Part shown: positions 1 to 13,754 of the stretch, piece by piece
How the letters are laid out: every line of letters begins with the position of its first letter
Position numbering within the stretch: position 1 is the first letter of the stretch
Assembly (NCBI GenBank): GCA_951406725.2
Contig: OX597838.1
Coordinates: 24,366,001-24,430,000, forward strand
Length of the DNA stretch: 64,000 nucleotides
Origin: Octopus vulgaris
Lineage: Eukaryota
Reading direction: 5' to 3'
The notes under the pieces: model-generated
What the model saw: the letters and a program-made list of their open reading frames with translations, nothing else
The model's database searches: none
What the model was told of the DNA's origin: nothing
Program-made: the position numbers and the translations under genes

Positions 1-206
1 TTTTTATAGCTTTGAGATTTTGATGATGTGATTGTTTATCAATAGAATGACATTGTAGGGTAGGTGTGAAATGTAGGATATGGCCAGTTTGACCATAAAA
101 CATGGAGGATATTTCGTCCAGACATGGCCGGTTTAAAATGCTAACAAGAAACCACATATACTTGACAGTAAAGCAAAAGGTTTGAAACATGATTCAATGT
201 ATTCAC

Positions 207-397
207 CTCATGAAGTATGGATAAGTATCAGACGGAATATAGTAGTGTTTTATGTCTTGAATATAGAGGTGAGTGTTGAGTTCAGCTTTTTGCAGATGCA
301 GAAGGGAGCTTGATGAGCCGATGAGACGCAGCCGCCATCTACCACTAGGTATGGCTTGTTCCAGACTCCGAGCCTCTGCGATGAATGTGTACCCACG
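207..397 (-). CDS. ADGB: ADGB exon 30 (RGYTFIAEARS..RWRLRLIGSS..IKHYYIPS..)
   Basis: GYTF.AEA, RW.LRLIGS and YYIP motifs; GTGAAT donor, so the gene continues. Confidence 0.94.
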
Positions 398-2392
398 CTG
401 TTCAAGGAAAAAAAAAAAAAATTAAACCATAGGCGCAGGAGTGGCTGTATGGTAAGTAGCTTGCTAACCAACCACATGGTTCCGGGTTCAGTCCCACTGC
501 GTGGCATCTTGGGCAAGTGTCTTCTGCTATAGCCCCAGGCCGACCAATGCCTTGTGAGTGGATTTGGTAGACGGAAACTGAAAGAAGCCTGTCGTATATA
601 TGTATATATATATGTGTGTGTGTGGGTTTGTGTGTCTGTTTGTCCCCCTAGCATTGCTTGACAACCGATGCTGGTGTGTTTATGTCCCCGTCACTTAGTG
701 GTTCGGCAAAAGAGACTGATAGAATAAGTACTGGGCTTACAAAGAATAAGTCCCGGGGTCGATTTGCTCGACTAAAGGCGGTGCTCCAGCATGGCCGCAG
801 TCAAATGACTGAAACAAGTAAAAGAGTAAAAGAGTATAGAGAAAAAAAAAAAAGAGAGATTAGTTCCTGTTGATTGTCTTCGAATAAAAGTAATTTTCAG
901 GTTAATCTTTTGCTGGGGAATGTCATGTTTGGAACCATTTTTTTGTTGGGATATTCTTTATTTTCATTAGACTTCGACCATGCTGGGGTACCACCTTGAC
1001 AAATTCCAATTAAGCGAATTAATCTCAATACTTATTTTTTTAAAGCCTGTTAATTATTCTATCAGTCCCTTTTGCAAGAACTGCAAAGTTACAGGGACAT
1101 AAACACACCAACACTGGTTGTGATGTCATAGCGGAGGACAAACACAGACACAAATACACCCCCCACACACAAATACACCCCACACACACAAATACATCCC
1201 ACACACACACCCATAACGTTTTCGGTTTCCATCTACCATATCCACTTTCAGGGGACTTTCATCAAATCAGGGCTTTCATCAACACTTGGTCAAGGTGGTC
1301 ACACAGTGGGACTGAACCCAGGACCACGTTGGAAAGCAAATTTCTTACCATGCAGCCATGAAGCAAGGTGAAGAGGAGAAAATACCAATTCTATTTTCTG
1401 GTAGACATTTAATATCATTACCATAAAATTTAATTTAGTGATGAAAGGGTCCCTCCTCCTCCTCTTCCATTGTTGCCGCCATCACCGCCACTACCGCCAT
1501 TACCACTTGATGTCTGTCTTCGACGCTGGCATGGTTTAACAGGAGCTGGCAAGCCAGAGGATTGCACTAAGCTGCACTGTCTGTTCTGGTATGGTTTTTA
1601 TGGCAGGATGCTAGCGCTGCCTGACTGGCGTCCGTGTCGGTGACACGTAAAAGCACCAACCGATCGTGATTTGTTTGCCAGCCTCCTCTGGCCCCTGGTG
1701 CTGGTGGCATGTAAAAAGCACCCACTACACTCACGGAGTGGTTGGCGTTAGGAAGGGCATCCAGCTGTAGAAACACTGCCAGATCAGACTGGAGCCTGGT
1801 GCAGCCTCCTGGCTTCCCAGACCCTGGTTGAACTGTCCAACCCATGCTAGCATGGAAAACGGACATTAAACAATGATGATGATGATGATGATGATGATGC
1901 CCTTTCTAATGCCAACCACTTTACAGAGTGGACTGGATGCCTTTTAAATGACACCAACAAGGGACATAAATTCTGCTGTCATGGTAACAGGGCTTAAACT
2001 CTCTAACCCAATTATTGGTTGCCCAGTGTTTAACATTCCCTTGAAGACCCTACAGTGGAACTCTGGGGAGGTGAGTAAACATCTTGCAAAAAAAAAAAAA
2101 AGATTAAAAAATTGGGAGGAACTGACCTTATTTTTCCTATACACAAAAGGGGACACCTGCTTGAATACTTTGTTTATTTCGGCTCCGTTGTCGTTGTTGA
2201 TGACACGCAAAAAGCAGGTTTTTAGGTTCACATAAAGTTTGGGAACTACCATGATTTCCTCCGACACCAAAAATACCTCCCTGGATAAGAAAAGAAGATA
2301 TAAAAAAAAAGGAGAAAAGAAAAACATTAACAAATTATTCATCCTCATCATTGTTGTTGTTTGTTTGTTTGTTTGTTTGTTTGTTTGTTTGT

Positions 2393-2429
<37 letters not shown>

Positions 2430-5400
2430 CGTCGTCGTTGTTGTTGTTGTTGTTGTTGCTGTTGCTGCTGTTGTTGTTGTTAAGCAACAAGATGGGTAAG
2501 GGTGATTAGGTGATGGTCTAGGGCTTAGGGGCGGGAGACCCCCAGACCTTGGGGAAAAAAAAAATTGGTTGTCTTGTTGTAGTCGAGGGCTCTTTGTAGA
2601 CGCCCGACACCACTGGGAGGTGGCCCTCGAATTCACTGGAAATGGAGATCTCCAGGTCCAAATTCTTGAATGGCTGCTGCTGCTGCTGCTGTTGTTGTTG
2701 TTGTTGAGGTGATGAACAGGCAAAATTTTGAGCATGCTGAACAAAGTACTAAGCAGGATCTCATCTGGATTTATGTTCTGAGTTCAAATTCCACCAAGGT
2801 CAACTTTGTCTTTCATCCTTTTCGGATCACCAAAATAAATTCCCAGTCAAAAGCAGGTCTCCCTCGTCCAGAAGTTCTGTCCACTTTAAGTGATTGGCAC
2901 TTTTGTATGGAAACTGTCTACATCCATCCGCATCACATAACCAGACTATGTCAGTCTTCCCCCTTGCACACTACATAGAGGGGACAAACAAGGACAGACA
3001 AAGGGAATTAAGTCGATTACATCGACCCCAGTGCATAACTGGTACTTATTTAATCGACCCTAGTGACTTTTGCCCTTCTGACAGAACCCCATGGCTAAAA
3101 TATTCTGTGAAAACATGTCCAGCCATGGGGCTAGATACTATCTTATATAGAAAGAAGTGAGGGTTGGTGACAGGAAGAGCATCCAACTGTAGAAAATCTG
3201 CTTCAATAAACCCTGTTAAACGCATGCAAGCATGGAAAAGGGGGCATTAAGAGGATGATGATGACTGCAAGCCATTTTGACTTCCACTCTGTTTTGAAGA
3301 AATATTGGTTTCAAACTTTGGTGCAAGGCCATCAATTTCGGAAGAGGGGTAAGTCAATTACCTCAACACCAGTGATAAACTGATACTTATTTTATCAACC
3401 CTAAGACAATGAAAGGCAAAGACAACCCTGACAGAATTTGAACTCAGAACGTCTAAAGACGGACGAAATACCACTAAGCATTTTGTCCAGCATGTTGACA
3501 ATTCTGCCTGTTTTGAAGAAATATTAACAAAATAAATATCTTACCTGAAAACCACAAACCATGTCTCAGGGGGCTGTTCCCCGTATACTCCTTGGTAATC
3601 GGTGTAAGAGATTTTGTGCCAATCCTCTTTGTAGAAGCTGTGGTATGGGATGATTTTGGGGTTTTTACTTATCAGATACCTGGATAAATAGAGATGATAT
3701 AATAATGCATAATTATGATTGTCTCTGATTCCTTATATTAGGTCATCCGGAAAGTTTGTGCCACTTTATAGTAGCTTACCTTTCAACTTATTTTAGAACA
3801 TGGTTGAGTCCATAAAATAGGATTTGACTATACCTCCATTTAGAGCAGAGTTTAAGCTATCTTTTCGTGGAAGAAGGTTTATATTACTATGACCTGTGTT
3901 AATTCTGTAGCCCTTTAAAATGGAAGATAAGAAAGTTCATTTTTGGCACTTGATGCTTTTCTTTTTCCGAAAAGGGAAAAGTGCCTCACAAGCAACCAAA
4001 GAAATGTGTGCAGTTTATAGTGATGTTTCTTTATCCGAAAGAACTGTACGGATTGGTTCACGAGGTTCCGAGCTGGAGGTTGTAGCCTTATTGATAAAGA
4101 GCGATCAGGCAGACCATCCACTACAGATGATGACCAAATCAAGTCATTAATTGAGAATAACCCACATTGCACAACCTGAGAATTGGCAGAAAGCCTCAAC
4201 CTATCAAAATCCGTCATTCATGAGCACCTGGTAAAGCTTGGGTAATGGCAGGTATTTATTGACCTTTTTCTTTCCTTTAAAAACCGGCACGAACTTTCCG
4301 GACAACCCAATATTATATTATAACATAACATTATGAAAAAGCACACACACACACACACAAACACACACACATACACGCACGCACACATGTATGTACATGT
4401 ATGGAGGTCGTCATGTAAAAATGGTATAAGAGACTTTGCTTCGACCAGGATTACCAGGCTAAGGAGTGCAAGGCATAGTAGAAAAGCAGCGACAAATATA
4501 CCACTTGCACTGACCATTAACCCTCATCTCTCGCAACATCTGCAGGCTTCTTTGCAAATCATTGGCAGGATTCAAATGTCACATTCGATATAAGTATTAT
4601 GACTGACAAAGGGAATGGAGGCTGTCAGATACACATATGTCAAAACCAACAGGAGAGTCCATCACATATATACATACATATATATATATATAAAAGTATA
4701 CATATGTATATTTATATATCATCATCGTCATCATCATTGTTTAACGTCCGCTTTTCATGCTGGCATGGGTTGGACGATTTGACTGAGGACTGGTGAACCA
4801 CATGGCTGCACCAGGCTCAAATCTGATCTGGCAGAGTTTCTACGGCTGGATGCCCTTCCTAACACCAACCACTCTGAGAGTGTAGTGGGGGCTTTTATGT
4901 GCCACCGGCATGAGGGCCAGTCAGGTGGTACTGGCAATGGCCATGCTCAAATGGTGTTTTTTACATGCTACCTGCACAGGAGCCAGTCAAGCAACACTGG
5001 CAATGACCTCATTCGAATATTTTTTTCACATGGCACCGGCACAAGTACCAGTAGGGCAATACTGGTAACAATCATGCTCAAATGCTGCTTTTTACATGCC
5101 ACAGACATGGGAGCCAGTCAGCTGCCCTGGCAACGGCAACGATCACACTCGGATGGTGCATATATATATATATATATATATCAAGGAACTCTATATATTT
5201 ATTTATTTCAAATGGAACCTTAGCAAACAAGAGTAGAAATGTCTCCATTTTGTAGCTATGTAATTAAAGAAAAATAATTATATCTGTAGTTAGTCTGAAA
5301 TATAACTGATGTAATTAAAATAATTACCTGAACACATTAAGACCAATCTCTTCAATATTTGGTTTAATTTGAAGCCAAAACTTTTTCAAAACATCACATA

Positions 5401-6112
5401 CAGCGATGTTATCAGGTGTACCTTTAAGAAGATATTTTAACTCCACTTTAATCTCATTTCAATAACTGATTGCAAAACACCATCATATATACAGGTACAA
5501 CACTGTTCCAGAACCTGATTTTCCCAAACTAGGTGTGGCTATCTTCTTCAACATACTCTAAATTAAAGAAATATTGTCTTCAAATTTTGGCAGCAATTTC
5601 AGGAGAGGGGTAAGCCGATTCCATCAACCCTAGTGCTCAACTTTGAACTCAGAATGTAAGGCCAGACAGACAAAATGCCACCAAGCATTTTGCCCAGCAT
5701 GTTAATGATTCCGCCAGCTTGTTTGTTCCTTCTCAAGCCATGCCTGGCTCATAGGGCTGGTTTCCCGGTTTCCTTGGTATATAGGTTCCCCACCTGGACA
5801 GGACACCGGTCCATTGCAGGTGAGCTGCAAGATGCAGGAGGAAAGAGTGAGAGAGGAATCGAAACCACAATCTTACAATCATGATGCTGACACCCTAACC
5901 ACTAAGGCACGCGCCTCTACAATAAAGTTGGTGTTGTACCTGTATATTCTTCAATTTGGCAAATACATAAAACCTCTTTCTTACCGTGTGTGCGAGATCT
6001 TTTTATTTTACGAACATATGCCCCACGCCAGAAAGTCTGTATCTTTACCGCAGCGATTTGAAAGTCAATGTTGGTTTCCCTGTGAATTGTTTAAAAAGGA
6101 TACCACAAATTA

Positions 6113-6157
<45 letters not shown>

Positions 6158-6391
6158 TGTTGTTGTTATTATTATTTAAATAAATTGATAAATAAACAAT
6201 CAAGCAAACAAATAAATGGTTGTGTGGTTCAGAAGCTCACTTTGCTTCCACATGATTCTGGGTTCGGTCCCACATTGCAGCACCTTGGACAAGTGTCTTC
6301 TATTATAACCTCATACATATGTATATGTGTTTGTGTGTGTGTGTGTGTGTGTGTGCGTGTATGTATACACATATATGTATGTTTGTGTATA

Positions 6392-6424
<33 letters not shown>

Positions 6425-9400
6425 ATGTATGTATGTGGCTGTGGAGTGGCTGTGTGGTAAGTAGCTTGCTAACCAACCACATGGTTCCAGGTTCAGTCCC
6501 ACTGCGTGGCATCTTGGGCAAGTGTCTTCTGCTATAGCCCCGGGCCGACCAATGCCTTTGTGAGTGGATTTGGTAGACGGAAACTGAAAGAAGCCTGTCG
6601 TATATATGTATATATATATAAGTGTGTGTGTGTATATGTTTGTGTGTCTGTGTTTGTTCCCCTAGCATTGCTGGTGTGTTTACGTCCCCGTCACTTAGCG
6701 GTTTGGCAAAAGAGACCGATAGAATAAGTACTGGGCTTACAAAGAATAAATTCCAGGGTCGATTTGCTCGACTAAAGGCGGTGCTCCAGCATGGCCGCAG
6801 TCAAATGACTGAAACAAGTAAAAGAGTATGTATGTATGTATGTATGTAAAATTGTGTGGTTAAGAATTTTGCTTCCCAACCACATAGTTCCAGGTTCAGT
6901 CTCACTACATGGCTCCTCGTGCAGGGGTCTTCTACTATAATCCCAGGTCAAGAACGGATTTGGTAGACAGAATCTGAATGTTGCATTGCGCGTGTGTGTG
7001 TGTGTGTGCATACAAGGCAGTACTGAAAACACAAACAAGGCAGTACTGAAAAGTTCCTGGCTTTAAGGGTATTGTGAAAGGCCTAGTTGGAGGCCCAACC
7101 TTCTAGGTTCTTTTACAGGGTTTAGAAAATTTGACAACCTTACTGCAGAAAGCATATGAATCTCAATAAAATCCCAATCCTCCTGTATTTTCTTTTATCC
7201 TAAGCCAGGAACTTTTTCTGCACACCCTTGTGTGTGTGTGTGTGTGTGTGTGTGATTATTCAGCTTATTTCAAGATTTCTTACCAATAAAGAAAGGGCTA
7301 ATTTCTAATTCATTTGAATTTCATCAACATCAACAGGGTAAGCAGCTGTGGCAGAAAACACATGGCCATGGTCATGGGGCTGGAATGTCTTTGATCATAG
7401 GACCTGCTCAATCCCATATGACATTGGGGGTGGGGGTGGGGTTAAACAGCAGCAACAGCAGCCGTTCAAGAATTTGGACCTGGAGATCTCCATTTCCAGC
7501 AACTTCAAGGGCCACCTCCCAGTGGTGTCGGGCATCAACAAAGAGCCCTCTCGACCAAAGTTGTTTTTTTTTTCCCCAAGGTCTGGGGTCTCAATCCCAT
7601 ACGACATTGGGGGTGCAAGGGTTAAACAGCAGCAACAACAGCCGTTCAAGAATTTGGACCTGGAGATCTCCATTTCCAGTGACTTCAAGGGCCACCTCCC
7701 AGTGGTGTCGGGCATCAACAAAGAGCCCTCGACCAAAGTTTGTTTTTTTTTCCCCAAGGTCTGGGGTCTCAATCCCATATGACATTGGGGGTGGGAGGGT
7801 TAAACAGCAGCAACAACAGCCGTTCAAGAATTTGGACCTGGAGATCTATATTTCCAGTGACTTCGAGGGCCACCTCCCAGTGGTGTCGGGCATCAACAAA
7901 GAGCCCTCGACCAAAGTTTTTTTTTTTCCCCAAGGTCTGGGGTCTCCCACCCCTAAGCCCTAGACCATCACCTAATCACCCTTACCAGTATTGTTGCTTA
8001 ACAACAACAACAAAAACAACAACATGCACCAACATGTACTAACATATGCCAACATGCACATCTTTTCCAAAATTTTTTTTTTCACTCTGGCCATTGCCTG
8101 TTGACACATAATGTTCTAAGCAACATAGAGTTAACGAAGTACCAATTAGACACAATCCAAAAGAATCAAAAGAGAAACTCACATCTGCGGGAAAGGGTCA
8201 TACTTCTCAGTCTCTGTAGTGAAAATACAAACAAAAGGTACATTAATTTAGGGATAAAAAAAAAAGGGGGTAAAGACTCGTTTTGGTCACGAATGACCAT
8301 GGGATTGCACTTAGAAAGTTCCCCTCTGAGGCACAATTATAGGCAAGGTTGTTTATGGAAGACCAGCAGTTGCCCATGTATACCAGCCTCCCCTCTCCAC
8401 ACCACCAGTGTTATCCAAAGGAAAGACAAAGGGGCCAATATAGCTTGGCGCCAGTGACATTGCACCTCATTTCTACAGCTGAGTGAACTGGAGCAACGTG
8501 AAATAAAGTGTCTTGCTCAAGAACACAACACAGTCTGGTCCTGGAATCAAATTCACAACTTCATGATTGTAAGCCCAACACCCTAACCACTGAACTATGC
8601 ACCTTCACATAGCTATGCACCTTCACATACCTATGTGCCTTCACATAGCTATCTGCCTTTACATAGCTATTCACCTTCACATACCTATGTGACTTTACAT
8701 AGCGATGCACCTTCACAAAGCTATATGCCTTTACATAACTATGCACCTTCACATAGCTATATGCCTTCACATAGCTATTTGCCTTTACATAACTATGCAC
8801 CTTCACATAGCTATGCGCCTTCACACAGCTATATGCCTTCACATAGTTATGCACCTTCACATACCTATGTGCTTTCACATAGCTATATGCTTTCACATAG
8901 CTATGCATCTTCACATATCTATGTGCCTTTACAAAGCTATGCACCATCACATAGCTATGTGCCTTCACATTTAGGGATATCATTAACTAAAACTTGAGTA
9001 ATGTGTATAGCATTCTTGAAATATTATTATAGAACAAAGAATATCGATTAGATGTGAGAAAAGGGGTTGTGTGCAGATATGTCCGTATTGTTAAGAAGTT
9101 GTTTATGTAACTACCATGTAGTTGTGGGTCTAATTCCACTACATAGCACATTGAACAAATGTCCATTCAACCATAAATTCACCTTGATTAATTCCCTGTG
9201 GGTAAAACTTAATTTGCTTGATGGAAATTCTGTGGAAGCTCATCTCAGCTACATTATCTTCTATGAATACTTCGAATCATACACCATCTGCAAGTGGCAC
9301 AATATCTTTGTCGGTTTTTTTTTTATGTAAACTTTCTGCTTGTGAGAAACTTGTAAAATTAGTTTTCATTCACCGGGGTTTGATTGACACAAGGTAACCC

Positions 9401-10806
9401 AGAACCATTCTCAGAAGAGAGAACAACAATAAAGGAAGGAAAATGGACAGATGGACGGACAGACAGAGCCAAATAAACAACGAGACATATACATCAACAG
9501 ACAGACACATAGACAAACATAGAAAGACAGACATACAAACAGATGGACAGATGGACAGAAAAACATACAGACATACAGACAGATTGACAGGCAGTCAGAC
9601 AGGTATGTAGATAGGTAGACAGACAGACAGATAGACAGAAATATAAATAGAGAGATAGGTGGACATGGAAGCACTCCGTTGGTTACGACGACGAGGATTC
9701 CGGTTCATCCAAATCAACGGAACAGCCTGCTCGTGAAATTAACGTGTAAGTGGCTGAGCACTCCACAGACACGTGTACCCTTAACGTAGTTCTCGGGGAT
9801 ATTCAGCGTGACACAGAGAGTGACAAGGCCGGCCCTTTGAAATACAGATACAACAGAAACAGGAAGTAAGAGTGAGAGAAAGTTGTGGTGAAAGAGTACA
9901 GCAGGGATCACCACCATCCCCTGCCGGAGCCTTGTGGAGCTTTAGGTGTTTTCGCTCAATAAACAATCACAACGCCCGGTCTGGGAATCGAAACCGCCAT
10001 CCTATGACCGCGAGTCCGCTGCCCTAACCACTGGGCCATTGCGCCTCCACAAGAGAGATAGGTAGATAGGCAAAGAGATGGGGAGAGAAAGACAGATAGC
10101 TAGGGAGATAGACAGACAAAAGCAAGCAGATAAACAGAGTGACAGATAGTCAGATAGACAGATAATACTTACTTAGTTTACATGGTTGTTGTTGAAATGT
10201 AACTGGAGTGTTTTTCCAGTTCAGATCAAAGAAGAATGCCCTCCATGCAAACAGAGTTTCTGCGTTGAAGGGGACTGATTTAGAAAGGAGCCGAAGTAAA
10301 GACTCTTTAAAATTCTACAATGAGACAAAACAAAACCTCAGAGTAAATGTGTGCGTGTGTGTGTGTGTGTGTACACGTGCACACACACACACACACACAA
10401 GCACATACGTACATGCACGCATATATATAATCAAGACATCGCAAAAAGGAATGGAGAATTACACAGCTTCAAAACTTGTTTATTACAGTAGTATTCTCAT
10501 TAAATTCACATTAGATTCCAATCCAACACCTGTTTCTTCTGCATAAGTGTCATATTGTCCTTTGATGTAGCATTTATGTACATTTAGTTGGTTCATTTGC
10601 AGTGATATTCTCCTTTCTTACTTGTCCTATTTCTTCCTCTCTCACTCTTTTAACCATTCTTTTCTATTTGTCCCTGCCTGCTTGCATAACTCATTTGCAC
10701 TTTACTGCTAGTTATCTATCTTCCCTTCTCTGTCTGTCTATCTGTCTCTTTGTCCATCTGTCTGTCTCTCTGTCCATCTGTCTATCTGTTTGCCTGCCTG
10801 TCTGTC

Positions 10807-10859
<53 letters not shown>

Positions 10860-13025
10860 CTATCTCTATCTAATCCACTTCACTTTAGAATACTTTCTTT
10901 CTCTCTCTTCCACTTCTCTCAGCACAGCCACTGCTTTCCCTTTACAGCCTGACAGAAATATAGTGTGCATAAGATATTTGAGGGCATATTTACGTTTATA
11001 AAAAAACAGATATACAATAACAGATAATAACTTTATTTATCAAAGAATGCTATGAAGATAAAAATAAACCCCTAAAACCATGACAGTTGCAGGAAATTTT
11101 GTATGCATAACACTTGGAACTTCAGAAGGGTCTGCACATAACCATCTGTCATTTCTTCTCTTAACTATTTGATCTTGGTTGAAGTTTTTCTCATTTAAGA
11201 AAAGCCAAATCAAATCTTCTTCTGCTGGATTTTTCAGTTTGTTTAAGAGCCTTTTAGATCTGATGTAATGATTTACTTTTGCTTTTTCGGACAAAGTGAC
11301 CTTTCTATACCTTTACTACCCACATGGGGCTAAACACAGAGAGGACAAACAAGGACAGACAAACGGATTAAGTCGATTACATTGATCCCAGTGCTTAACT
11401 GGTACTTAATTTATCGACCCCGAAAGGATGAAAGGCAAAGTCGACCTCGGTGGAATTTGAATTCAGAACATAACAGCAGACGAAATACGGCTACGCATTT
11501 CGCCCGGTGTGCTTACATTTCTGCCAGCTTGCCGCCTGACAAAGTGACCATTCCTCACCATATAAGACTTATACCTGATGTCTTTGTGAACAACATTTCT
11601 GACTGTTCCTTCTGACACATGGAAATCTTTTGCAAATGACCTGTTGGACTTTCTGGGACTGTAATCAATGGTCTGTTGAACTTGCTGGATAAATTCAAGT
11701 GTTCTGATGATTTCAGAGCATTTAGAATGCTTTTTATGCTTTGATACTGGTGATACGTTTCCATCTTCAGTCTTTAGCTCCTTACAAACTTTGTAGACGA
11801 AAGATCTGGCAACTTTTAAAAATTGAGATATTTCTAAATGACTATGCTCAGCCTTTATAAACACAGTAACAGCATGCCTCTTCATCTCTTGAGTAAGCTG
11901 AGGACCTGCTACTATTATTTTCTGAAACAATGATTATACAAAGCGAGCAAAAAATGCAGCAATGACCCCAAAAACGGTATGTCCTCAAATACCTTACGCA
12001 CACTGTATATAATGCAACAAACAAACAAAAAAACATGTGACTTGGTATTTTTGTATATTATGTTACTAGAAAAAAACACCTTTAGTGATAGAATAAAAAC
12101 AGTATGTCCAGTTAATGTCCCCAAAATCTGATATTTTTAATGAAGCGCCTCCCTTATACCTCTTTCTCTCTCTCATCAATAATATCTAGCCATGATCCAC
12201 CAAATTCAGATACTTAAAAGGGAGATTTGGCTATTATTTCCAGCTAGCCATGTAACTAAATATCGACTCCCTAAGTGGTTTCTGTGTTCTCTAGTGTAAG
12301 GTCAAAATGCTCAGTGTGAACAAGACGGGTTTTGCTTTACCTCATACTGCTGACCCTTTGAGTAAGCCATTGCTGGTGCGGTGGGAAATAGGTAAACTCT
12401 CATTTTCTCCTTTGCTCGTTCATATTTTTCCTTGGAATGGAAATTCTCGATACAACTTTCAAAGCTGAGTATCAGTTGTGAAGCAGATTCTATGAAATGA
12501 CAGCTTTCCTGAAATAGAATTTCAAAAAAAAATTTTTTTTTAATTAAACAAAAATTGGAATTGCTTACAGATTTGGATGTTGGGTGAAAACTTAGAAGCA
12601 TGGGCATAATTCTGTAATCAAAGGTTGGGTTGCATAGGAAAGATGTTTAATTGAAGATCTGTATTACTATCCATTGGTCTTAGAGTATTCAAAGATGATG
12701 CAAAACATTGTAGAACAAAATAAGTTTAGAGGTATATGCACATGTATGTACACATGCATACACACACACACACACACACATACACACATACATACATACA
12801 TACGTACATACATACATACATACGTACATACATACGTACATACATACATACATTCTTTTATTCTTTCACCTACTTTGACTGCAGCCATGCTGGAGCACTA
12901 TCTTGAAGGGTTCAAGTTCCAGGACTTATTTCTTAAGCCTAGTACTTATTCTCTCGGTCTCTTTTGCCAAACTGATATATATATATATATATATATGTAC
13001 ATATCTATCTATCTATCTATCTATC

Positions 13026-13078
<53 letters not shown>

Positions 13079-13722
13079 ATATAATCAAAATAGCAACAAG
13101 GATATCCAGAGGTAATGCAGTACGATCGTTTCATGCGACTCCATTTAATTGAACAATGCAAACATTACATCAATTTAAAATGTAGAGCAATCTTCAGCTG
13201 CACTAAATTCTATATTTTTATGCAAGTTTTAGAACCCAAAGTCTTAGAATAGTTCTAGTGCACATGTTCTCAACCAGGATCCATATAAGCCCTTGTGGGG
13301 GTGGGGTCTATCTGTAATAAATTGGTTTTATTTCTGCAATACACAAAATATTTTAGCAATTTTTTAATACAATTCCTGATAATATTTAATTATAAAACAT
13401 AAAATAGATTTTTTTTAAACAACAAAGGGCTAGATGCATCCATCTGAGTAAAATAGGTGTCAAAGGGGTTTCTACGGGCAAAAAACTGGTTGAGAAACAC
13501 TGTTCTAGTGGGACTTAGAGAAATTCCGTTCAGATATGGAATGGAATGAAATGGGGGCAATATTTTCCAAAGAGGACTTACTTTGCTGCATTGATTCATA
13601 ATGGTCTCTTCATCTCCAAATATGAAAGGGCTATCGGAAGACAGGTGGATGCTGTAGCCTAAAGGGCTGGTCATCATGAACTTCAATACATGGCGTCTGA
13701 AATAATAATAATAATAATAATG

Positions 13723-13754
<32 letters not shown>

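Noticed and set aside
7348-8042. ORFs with QQQQPFKNLDLEISISS repeats
   Set aside because: Frames shift at variable T and G runs between repeat units; not a maintained reading frame
8561-8997. VKAHSY-repeat protein
   Set aside because: 18-bp minisatellite derived from a SINE end; no gene structure
9975-10050. tRNA gene
   Set aside because: tRNA-like head of a multi-copy SINE with no acceptor stem; the same applies to the other A/B-box hits
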